A DNA stretch of 64,000 nucleotides from Nemertoderma westbladi (lineage: Eukaryota; Animalia; Xenacoelomorpha): contig JAUCBJ010002200.1 in assembly GCA_032718475.1 (NCBI GenBank), positions 1-64,000 of the forward strand, given 5' to 3'. Position 1 is the stretch's first letter, and each line of letters starts with the position of its first letter. The position numbers and the translations under genes are program-made. The notes beneath the pieces were generated by a model, which made no database searches, was not told the DNA's origin, and was given only the letters and a program-made list of their open reading frames with translations. Positions 27,501 to 39,500 of the stretch are shown here, in pieces.

Positions 27501-30500
27501 ACTTCATACCTACCTTGATCTTTGAGGAAACGTGTAGTTGTCTCTTGGATCTGCTTGGCCCTTTCCTCTTCCACCGACAAGGCTTTATCGTAGGAATTGG
27601 GCTCTACCGCCTCTTGCGTAAAGAATCGTACGGCATGTTCATCCCGAATCTTGGCATTATGACGCTCAATGACGTCATTTAACTCGTCGTTATAAGCTTC
27701 TCGTTCAGATGGATAGAGAAGTTGACATAAGTTCACTTGGTTTTGCCAAGCCTCGTTTTCCTTAAGGAGATCGATGGTATTCTCCTCATCAAAAAGCTGG
27801 TGAACGTCGTCATTATCTGAGGAGTATGGAATTCCCTCAGTTGAGTTGTCTCCCTCACTGGTATCATCTTCCCATTCACTCACCTGGCATACGCTCTCTG
27901 GCGGTAGTCTTTCTCTGAGTGTTCTACGGGAAGGGCCAGTAAAGTACCAACCTACTCTAGTTCTTACCGCATAGGTCTGTAGTGGCTGCGGTTGAGCAGG
28001 CCGTTTCTCTAATGTCTCCAGCGCCTCATGCGCGTTTTGGCCGATGAGTATTTGCACTCCAGGATAATCAGTCTGGAATCGAGGTATGTTAAGATGTTGG
28101 ATGCTCTCATCCTCGTCCCAATTATATAGGTCTGCTTGAGTAGTAGCGAAGTTCTTTATAGCCACCATTTTCACTGACCTTATGCTATGTTCTCCTAGTT
28201 CGTCTTGTGGGGTGGACAACGCGCCTACATAATAATCAGCTGTTATTGTAGATTTCCAAACTTGCATAATGCCTGACATGTTGAGCTTAGTTTGGAACTT
28301 GGGTTGTCCAGCAAATATATCTTCGGCTAGCTCTTTGTCGATGAATGTTCCTGTACTACCGGAGTCAAGGAGGGCGTTCACTACATAACTCCTCTCAGGT
28401 CCGTGAACCCTTACTTGCACCACAGGAAACTCTCGGATCCCTACATTGGAAGATGGCTCTTTCCAAGATGGTTGTCGCTCAGAAGTAGTTAGAGTAAAGT
28501 CGTTATCTGTATCTTTTTCATATGTGAGTGCTCGATACACTGCGGTATTTATCATGTAACAGGATTCGTTTTCGTCGGAGAACTCGTCTGTATAGAATCC
28601 TTCCATCTCAGATTGATCAGTGTCGTTCACATCACTGAATTGGACATGTAGCTCGGAATCACTCACCTGATTCGGACTATTTCGATCGAATTCAGCGTGC
28701 AACAAGATATGATGTTTCGCACCACACTTTGCACACCTTATGTCAGAGAAACAGGTTCGCCGTTGGTGTCCTTGTCTGAGGCAATTATAACATAACCGCT
28801 TATCCCACATGACTTCGCGTCTCTCCGTTAATGATTTCTTTAGAAATTCATCACACCTATTCAAATGGTGGATCCCGTCACACAGCGCACATTTTGGTTT
28901 GATGTTACTTACCTTATTCTGAGTCACATTGTGTACACTTGCCTTTTCTTCGGGCTTTCTCACCTGAATTCTCTTGGGAGACGTGGGAGGAGTTTTTCTT
29001 ACCTGTTCTCTCCTTTCATTTGCTCGAGACTTGAATTTACTTACCTGATCTTTAGGCATTTTATTGACATAATAAGATCTATCAGTGTCTTTCCCGCTAT
29101 CTTCTCCTTGGGAAGTCTGGCTTTCGCCGTCGTCTGTATAACACACTGGTGTTACCTTTCTCCTAGAGACGGGTTTTTCACTTACCTTGTTTTCCGGTGT
29201 CTTCTCTCGGGACTGCTTGAGGAGTTGCAATTTCACTTCTCCATCCAAGAATGACATGAGATCAGCCATGGTAGGGTCTCGTCGTTGTTGTTCCATCATA
29301 TATAGTACTTTCTTATCCCAGCGTGTGCCTACCCCACCTTTCGGTAAAGTAGAAGCCACAGCTCCAATGACCATAGAACTTTGGTATTCATGAGACTTAC
29401 CTAACCAATCTAATTGTCTACAGATCTCTTGAATCTCATCGGAAAACTCTATTATCCCACTGCTGATGAACTTTCTGGGCGCTACTAATTTTGCATATAA
29501 ATACTTAGCGATATTATTCTTATTACCATACCTGATGTTTAGTGTGTCCCAAACTTGTCTTAATCCGTCTGGATGTCCAATAAACTTTAACGCCATTAAC
29601 TTGGGAGATCCTTCCAAGCACTCGATGAGGTATCTAAGTTTTTCTCCATTAGATAGTACAGAGTTCTGTATGTTATCTTTGTAATATTCATTAAAAGGTA
29701 ACCATTTCATCTCATCTCCATTGAACTTGACGATCTCTCCCACCTTTACCGCTTGCCGGGCTTCGGTTCTAGCCATTTGACGCGTAAAACTTTCTTGGGC
29801 CATCGTGTTATTTAATATCGAGTTATCGGTATATAAATTTCTCGGATTATGATCAGTTCTATAGGGATTGTCATTATCAACAGGTCTATAATTACCCTTA
29901 ATAGGGTTCACTATAGGAGTTTCTACTTCGCTAGCAGTATATATGCGTGTAGGCTCCACACCTTGCGCATGAGATACTTCAGACCTAACAGGTTGACACA
30001 TTGTTACAGAGGGTGGCGGTATACCCTTTTGAGTATTTACTAATTTATCGCGTTCTAGCGCGATACTTTGCTGCACTTCTTGCAACTCTAGCCTACTTTC
30101 CCTTACTGTGCCCTTGAATTGCTGGACAGTCTCCTGCATCTGCCCGAGCAGGATATCCATCCCCCGCCGTCTCTCGTCCACCCATTCGACCGCCGAAGCG
30201 GGAGTCGCCAACGTTGTAGCGGGCGGACGAGGGACAACGGGCGACAAATTATGAATATTTCGCTCGGGGTCCAGGACCTGAACTGTCCCCTGGGCAGTTC
30301 TACTGGGCACAGGTAGCTTAGTGCTATGCAGAGGGAATTTAGAGGTAGTTTCAGGGAGCACAGGTGTGTCTATCACCGAAGGGGTGATTTCAAGAACAGG
30401 CCTAATTATTTCAGGCTCATCTACTATAGTAGGGAGTCTTTCTATTTTAATTATTTGGTCTGTGGGCTCTGTACTACCTAAGTTGGTGTTATTTAGTTGC

Positions 30501-33500
30501 CTTCTAACAGCTGGAGGCAAATCAGGCAATTTCTGACGGTGGAATGTTCTTTTACGTCTGCTTAGACGAGATCTATTTCCTTTGCCTTCAGTATCGGTGG
30601 TATCGCCTTCCTCAGATGATGTATATCCCTGTCTTTTGGGAGTAGATCGATTCATCATCTGCATATTACTAGCTGTTAACTGTTTATTTATGCAGTCTTG
30701 ATTCTCTTGAATGTTTTCCAATTCTAATTGGGTGGTTTCTTCAGTCGCTCTCCGTTCGGCTTCTGCCACTGCCTCTGCGGCCTTTCTCTCAGCCTCGGCC
30801 GCCTTTGCTTCTGCCGCTGCCGCTGCCGCTGCTGCTGCTGCTTTTGCCTCTGCCTCTGCCACTGCCGCTGCCGCTGCCGCTTTTGCCTCTGCCGCTGCCG
30901 CTTTTGCCTCTGCTGCTGCCTCTGCCGCTGCCGCTTTTCTTTCTACTTCTGCAGCTACCACTGCTGCTTTCTTTCTGTCTTCTATACGTTTTTTCTTTAC
31001 TTGTTCTTCTTGGGCTCGTGTGATGCGGAGTTGTTCATCAAATTCAGCCTGGTTCGCAGCCCTCATTTCCACATCGATGGCATCCAACACAAGCTTGGTT
31101 CCTTCACTATTAGGGTTAAGTCCCTCTAACCTTCTCCTCAACTCGTCATCACCTAAAAAACGTTGATAGTCTGACAGATAGATGTCAATGGCATCCCTCT
31201 TATGCGGTTTCTCTGCCGTCGCTTCACTTTCCACTTGGGAAAAAGTAGCGTCTGTTGATTCTCCATGGGTTGATCGCTCCTCCAGCTGAGCTTTCCACTG
31301 AGCTGTTCCTTGAACCTGGAGATTCACCCTTTGAAACCAAGTCTTTACGGCGACTTGCAACGACGTGTCTTGTCTTCGTTTAGAAGCCTCCTCAAAGGCC
31401 GATAATATTAGCCTGATTCGTAGAATTCTTTCTCTCACTTGATAAAGCAGTTGTCCCTGCTCTTGAGGTCCTTGTGGTTGTTGAAACAGTTGTCCTTTTA
31501 CTCGCTCCATAGAGCTGAAGAATCCCTGTGCGTATCCGGCTGCGGACCTCTTCCACACAGCGGGATCGATGGTTTCCTTGGCTACTCCCATCCGGTGTAT
31601 GTCTTCCCAGGCAGCTTCTGATAAATCAAACGGGAGTCCGGGTCCGGGGAAGTTCCATTGCGACTCGACCATGGACTTCAGTTCTTCCCTTGTGTATCCA
31701 GCATAACTATCTCTAGTTGAACGCTGGCTTCTCGCCCAATCGATCTGGTGTTCTTCCACAGCGATCAATAACCTGGTGAGTACGGCTGCAGGAAGGATGA
31801 GAAGGGGATCCGTATAAACCGCATCCGTCATCTTTGCTCCGCGCTCGGGTGTCAGCTCTACAGTATCTTCACTACTGGAGCTGTTGGGCCGTTGAGAAGT
31901 AAGTTCTTGGCTCGCGGGTTGTTGCTGTTCTGCTGCTTCTTGGTCCCGCTTGACCTGAGCTCGAGTGCCTATGATAGACCTACGATGTTGGACCAGCCTA
32001 GGTTCTGTTATTACTACTGGAGGGATGACCTTCCTCACAGTGGGAGGTGAACTGAACTTACGACTAGATGGTTCTACGCCTCTATCTGAGTCACAGATAG
32101 TCACATCTAATATACTGTCTGACAGGTTCTGCTTAGTATCAGACATGTTTATGTATACAGTTGAATGTCTACTGCTGTATCACAGTCTGAGCAAGTCTAG
32201 TAACTCAGTATTAACTGCTAGCCTAGTAATTAATTACCGGTACTGCTACTCAGTGTAGCGTGATATATAATATATTAGAATACCAGTATGCTTATAGTAT
32301 ATATAACTATTATTACAGACTAGGTTTATCACCGAATACCGGTATAATTTTAGCACAAATATATATAAATATATAATAGGCCTATCGTGGATACCGGTAT
32401 GCAGTTTACACTTATAGTGTATATATATAAGTATAATTACAGACTAGAATTAATTACAGAATACCGGTATGATTTCAACCTAAAATTTATAGAAATAAAT
32501 ATAATAAGCCTATTGTAAATACCGGTATGTCAATTATTTTAGAATAATTGAATTTCTGAATTTTAAGGGTTACTTGGTTACTTTAACTTACTTTATTACC
32601 GTTATTTAAGCAGTAGTCCAACTGATATTGAGACCTAATGGTTTTATGGTAGGCCTACTATTTATAAATCGTTAGATTTGATTTATAATATATATATACC
32701 CGTTTTAATGGGTTTGTCAATGTTTGAAATAAATGTTATTATTTCTGGGGAGTAATCACTACACAAAGCGGTGCGCTTTCAGTGAAGTGTTACTTATAGG
32801 ACACTAAAACAAATAATACTAATTTACCTAAGTTACTTAATACTACAAATTACGTACAATTCGGGTGAGATTACAATCTCTAAATAAACACAAAAATTTA
32901 CAAAACGCAAAATACGAATTTTTTAGGGTAATTTTACAAGAAGTCTACAAACCAGCCTAACAAAGGGTTAGAATTCTGGTTATTACAACGGACAGGGTAC
33001 TACGGTATTTGAAAATAATACTTAGTAGTAAATACACTGCGTTGTCCAGATAGAAAAATACCACCGCCTGACGACCTATAGCCGTATCGCTATAGGTTCT
33101 ACGTTATGTATCACGGAGTGTTCCTACCTAGAAGTTAATAGAGCTAATCGAACGTGCCTATCAACCACTTTACAACACAAATATAATGCCTACACTAATT
33201 ACTCTCGGAAAGCACTGTACACTAAACCCTAAATTAGGTACGAGTACTTGTACAACAGATAATCAGTAGTTAAATATACTTGAACAGCTAAAAGAACCAC
33301 GGCATCTGCTGGAGTGACCGATGCACAAAATCACCAGTCTTTACCTACGCCAAGCAGCCCGTGTAGTACCGGGGTTAATTTAACTATAGCGGTATGTATA
33401 ACAAACACAATTACTGTAGGAACAAACTTGGGGAATGAATGTTGCGAATAATCGCATAAACTCTGAATAATAAATATTACGCTACGCGTACAAACTACTC

Positions 33501-36500
33501 AAACAAAATGCAGACCGAACACTGACAGACTACTATCAAGCCTAAACAAACTACGGTATATGCAGACTCCGAAATAATTAGGTAGTATGCGTTCTAACCC
33601 AGTAGTACGACTTATTCTTTAATTGGGGGTTTACCTTACAGCATTCGCTGCCCCTACTTCCTAACCGTTCTTTATCGGACAAGTGATCTACACACGCTGC
33701 AATCCGTTCAGACCTAATAACAGCCAGACAACTATCCAGCCTACAAATTATCTAAATAAAATTATACGCTACCCGTACAGACTTACACAAACAAAGTACA
33801 GACTAAACGATGGCAGACTACTCTCAAGCCTAAATAAACTACAGGACATGCAGACTCCGAAATGATTAGGGAGTATGCGTTCTAACCCAGTAGTACGACT
33901 TATTCTTTAGTTGGGGGTTTACCTTACAGCATTCGCTGCCCCTACTTCCTAACCGTACTTAATCGGACAGGTGATCTACACACACTGCAATTCGTTCGGA
34001 CTTAACAGCAATCAGACAACAGCTCAGCCTACAAATCGTCTGTACAATCTGATCAGGTTTACACGCCTTCTGTTCAATACTGGCCTACAAATAAATAAAA
34101 CTTGACAGAAATAAGTAAACCATATAAAGGAATAAGGGGTGATCAATCCCTAATCCCTCAACAGCCTACCGGTATGCAACAATCAAATCGAATAATACTA
34201 GTGTACTTATACGGAAGTACCGGTTAGGACAGCTAGGCCTAAGGACCTACAGAAGTACCGGTTCTGGCAGTTGGACCTACGGACCTACGGCAGTACCGGT
34301 TCTGGCAGTTGGGCCTACTGACCTACAGATGTACCGGTTCAGGTTTACCGGTTGACCGGTACTTTCAACTTTATTGCTTACTGCAATAAAGAAGCTATAT
34401 CCTTTAATGTTCGCGCTTTCAGACCTTTGGCAGTTTAACCCGCCAAATTAAGATGTCTTCTAGATATTAAATCGCTTTTTAGCCTATGACAAGTATTTGA
34501 TTCACTACACTAGTCGAAACCAATCTGTGCGCGATCATTCACCCGCTGGATATTCCCGGGAGATTGGGTTCGACGGTTTAATTTTATTGCTATGTAAGCC
34601 TAATGTATTATTCGACTGACAGTATTATATAATCTCTGACAATATTATTCACCTTAGGGAATATTAACAGTTCCTTTAGGACGTGGCGCTTTATTTATAT
34701 AAACAGAGTTATGACTTAAACTACTCACAACGATATGGCTTAATTATAATTCACATATAATATGGCGCATTCTTTAGGAAATGCTTCTTTAACAGACTCA
34801 CTCGTACACAATGCTGCACAATACTGCACACTAATCTGCCAATCTTCACTGATTTTAGTCACATATAAAAGGAACACAGACTGACTCATGTAGGGTCTAT
34901 CAAATAACATTAGATTCACTTCAAACCACTTTAACATAAGTCACAATCGTTATAGGTAACCTTTCTCTCTTACCTTCGGTATATCAAGAATATTGGGTTT
35001 TCGGGGTTATTTCTCGTTATTCCAATATAATAATTCATCAACAAATATAATGAATAACCGACAACAAATAGCAGTATACAGTATTGATTGAGCAGGTAAT
35101 TTTTAGCAGTGAGATATTCAAGTGATTAAAAGCCAGTTAAAGGATATATGTCCTTATAATTAAACCTACTAGTGTTGAGCTAAAAAGCAGAAAGCACAAA
35201 ACACTAAAAAGCCGTTCTTTCGTGGCTTTGAAAAACTCGTGACTACTACTCTATACGAGGATACCAACTACCCTTATTCCACGAAGCTCCCGTTCAACAC
35301 AGAGAAAGAGCAGTGAGATAGGAAAATTTCAGTTCAGTAGCTCTGTGATAGGTCAAAATCAAGGCTAACTCAAATTCTATTGGGAGATACAAAAACAAGG
35401 CTATGACGCAACCTTCCTAGGCTGGTTGGCCGATTAAACAGAGCCCAGATACCTGCGTACAGCAAATCAGCCAATAAGCTGGTAGCTTGCACTATTTTAG
35501 CTATAGATCCCCTTGAGAGTATTCTAGCGACCGGGGGGGAACTGGCCAGCAAAGCAAACGAACCAGTTATACCACAAAAGCTTTTACACTCCTCCAGTAA
35601 TACAACTGTACCAACCTGTACCAAGCTCCTCCAGTAATACAACTGTACCAACCTGTACCAAGCTCCTCCAGTAATACAACTGTACCAACCTGTACCAAGC
35701 CCCTCCAGTAAGACAACTGTACCAACCTGTACCAAGCTCCTCCAGTAATACAACTGTATCAACCTGTACCAAGCTCCTCCAGTAATACAACTGTACCAAC
35801 CTGTACCAAGCTCCTCCAGTAATACAACTGTACCAACCTGTACCAAGCTCCTCCAGTAATACAACTGTACCAACCTGTACCAAGCTCCTCCAGTAATACA
35901 ACTGTACCAACCTGTACCAAGCTCCTCCAGTAATACAACTGTACCAACCTGTACCAAGCCCCTCCAGTATTACAACTGTACCAACCTGTACCAAGCTCCT
36001 CCAGTAATACAACTGTACCAACCTGTACCAAGCTCCTCCAGTAATACAACTGTACCAACCTGTACCAAGCTCCTCCAGTAATACAACTGTACCAACCTGT
36101 ACCAAGCCCCTCCATTAATACAACTGTACCAACCTGTACCATCCCCTCCATTAATACAACTGTACCAACCTGTACCAAGCCCCTCCAGTAATACAACTGT
36201 ACCAACCTTTACCAAGCTCCTCCATTAATACAAATGTATCAACCTGTACCAAGCCCCTCCATTAATACAACTGTACCAACCTGTACCATCCCCTCCATTA
36301 ATACAACTGTACCAACCTGTACCAAGCCCCTCCAGTAATACAACTGTACCAACCTGTACCAAGCTCCTCCATTAATACAAATGTATCAACCTGTACCAAG
36401 CCCCTCCATTAATACAACTATACCAAGCTCCTCCAGTAATACAACTGTACCAACCTGTACCAAGCTCCTCCAGTAATACAACTGTACCAACCTGTACCAA

Positions 36501-39500
36501 GCTCCTCCAGTAATACAACTACCAACCTGTACCAAGCTCCTCCAGTAATACAACTGTACCAACCTGTACCAAGCTCCTCCAGTAATACAACTGTACCAAC
36601 CTGTACCAAGCTCCTCCAGTAATACAACTGTACCAACCTGTACCAAGCCCCTCCAGTAATACAACTGTACCAACCTGTACCAAGCTCCTCCAGTAATACA
36701 ACTGTACCAACCTGTACCAAGCTCCTCCAGTAATACAACTGTACCAACCTGTACCAAGCTCCTCCAGTAATACAACTGTACCAACCTGTACCAAGCCCCT
36801 CCATTAATACAACTGTACCAAGCTCCTCCAGTAATACAACTGTACCAACCTGTACCAAGCTCCTCCAGTAATACAACTGTACCAACCTGTACCAAGCTCC
36901 TCCAGTAATACAACTACCAACCTGTACCAAGCTCCTCCAGTAATACAACTGTACCAACCTGTACCAAGCTCCTCCAGTAATACAACTGTACCAACCTGTA
37001 CCAAGCCCCTCCATTAATACAACTGTACCAAGCTCCTCCAGTAATACAACTGTACCAACCTGTACCAAGCTCCTCCAGTAATACAACTGTACCAACCTGT
37101 ACCAAGCTCCTCCAGTAATACAACTACCAACCTGTACCAAGCTCCTCCAGTAATACAACTGTACCAACCTGTACCAAGCTCCTCCAGTAATACAACTGTA
37201 CCAACCTGTACCAAGCTCCTCCAGTAATACAACTGTACCAACCTGTACCAAGCTCCTCCAGTAATACAACTGTACCAACCTGTACCAAGCCCCTCCAGTA
37301 ATACAACTGTACCAACCTGTACCAAGCTCCTCCAGTAATACAACTGTATCAACCTGTACCAAGCTCCTCCAGTAATACAACTGTACCAACCTGTACCAAG
37401 CTCCTCCAGTAATACAACTGTACCAACCTGTACCAAGCTCCTCCAGTAATACAACTGTACCAACCTGTACCAAGCTCCTCCAGTAATACAACTGTACCAA
37501 CCTGTACCAAGCTCCTCCAGTAATACAACTGTACCAACCTGTACCAAGCTCCTCCAGTAATACAACTGTACCAACCTGTACCAAGCTCCTCCAGTAATAC
37601 AACTGTACCAACCTGTACCAAGCTCCTCCAGTAATACAACTGTACCAACCTGTACCAAGCTCCTCCAGTAATACAACTGTACCAACCTGTACCAAGCTCC
37701 TCCAGTAATACAACTGTACCAACCTGTACCAAGCTCCTCCAGTAATACAACTGTACCAACCTGTACCAAGCTCCTCCAGTAATACAACTGTACCAACCTG
37801 TACCAAGCTCCTCCAGTAATACAACTGTACCAACCTGTACCAAGCTCCTCCAGTAATACAACTGTACCAACCTGTACCAAGCTCCTCCAGTAATACAACT
37901 GTACCAACCTGTACCAAGCCCCTCCAGTAATACAACTGTACCAACCTGTACCAAGCTCCTCCAGTAATACAACTGTACCAACCTGTACCAAGCTCCTCCA
38001 GTAATACAACTGTACCAACTTGTACCAAGCCCCTCCAGTAATACAACTGTACCAACCTGTACCAAGCTCCTCCAGTAATACAACTGTACCAACCTGTACC
38101 AAGCTCCTCCATTAATACAAATGTATCAACCTGTACCAAGCCCCTCCATTAATACAACTGTACCAACCTGTACCATCCCCTCCATTAATACAACTGTACC
38201 AACCTGTACCAATCCCCTCCAGTAATACAACTGTACCACCCTGTACTAAGCTACTCCATTAATACAAATGTATCAACCTGTACCAAGCCCCTCCATTAAT
38301 ACAACTGTACCAAGCTCCTCAATTAATACAAATGTATCAACCTGTACCAAGCCCCTCCATTAATACAACTGTACCAAGCTCCTCCAGTAATACAACTGTA
38401 CCAACCTGTACCAAGCTCCTCCAGTAATACAACTGTACCAACCTGTACCAAGCTCCTCCAGTAATACAACTACCAACCTGTACCAAGCTCCTCCAGTAAT
38501 ACAACTGTACCAACCTGTACCAAGCTCCTCCAGTAATACAACTGTACCAACCTGTACCAAGCTCCTCCAGTAATACAACTGTACCAACCTGTACCAAGCC
38601 CCTCCAGTAATACAACTGTACCAACCTGTACCAAGCTCCTCCAGTAATACAACTGTATCAACCTGTACCAAGCTCCTCCAGTAATACAACTGTACCAACC
38701 TGTACCAAGCTCCTCCAGTAATACAACTGTACCAACCTGTACCAAGCTCCTCCAGTAATACAACTGTACCAACCTGTACCAAGCTCCTCCAGTAATACAA
38801 CTGTACCAACCTGTACCAAGCTCCTCCAGTAATACAACTGTACCAACCTGTACCAAGCTCCTCCAGTAATACAACTGTACCAACCTGTACCAAGCTCCTC
38901 CAGTAATACAACTGTACCAACTTGTACCAAGCTCCTCCAGTAATACAACTGTACCAACCTGTACCAAGCCCCTCCAGTAATACAACTGTACCAACCTGTA
39001 CCAAGCTCCTCCAGTAATACAACTGTACCAACCTGTACCAAGCTCCTCCAGTAATACAACTGTACCAACTTGTACCAAGCCCCTCCAGTAATACAACTGT
39101 ACCAACCTGTACCAAGCTCCTCCAGTAATACAACTGTACCAACCTGTACCAAGCTCCTCCATTAATACAAATGTATCAACCTGTACCAAGCCCCTCCATT
39201 AATACAACTGTACCAACCTGTACCATCCCCTCCATTAATACAACTGTACCAACCTGTACCAAGCCCCTCCAGTAATACAACTGTACCACCCTGTACTAAG
39301 CTACTCCATTAATACAAATGTATCAACCTGTACCAAGCCCCTCCATTAATACAACTGTACCAAGCTCCTCAATTAATACAAATGTATCAACCTGTACCAA
39401 GCCCCTCCATTAATACAACTGTACCAACCTGTACCATCCCCTCCATTAATACAACTGTACCAACCTGTACCAAGCCCCTCCAGTAATACAACTGTACCAA

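Larger units (their letters stand above)
19569..35588 (-). mobile_element. Full-length BEL/Pao LTR retrotransposon (16,020 bp), recent insertion
   Basis: TG...CA LTRs at 19569-20746 and 34408-35588; 5-bp TSD CTCCT (19564-19568, 35589-35593); Gag-PR-RT-RH-IN order with a BEL-type triple zinc knuckle. Confidence 0.97.

Noticed and set aside
30711-31166. Plus-strand Ala-, Cys- and Leu/Pro-rich ORFs (also 63085-63342 minus)
   Set aside because: Antisense shadows of the Ala/Glu-rich gag segment.
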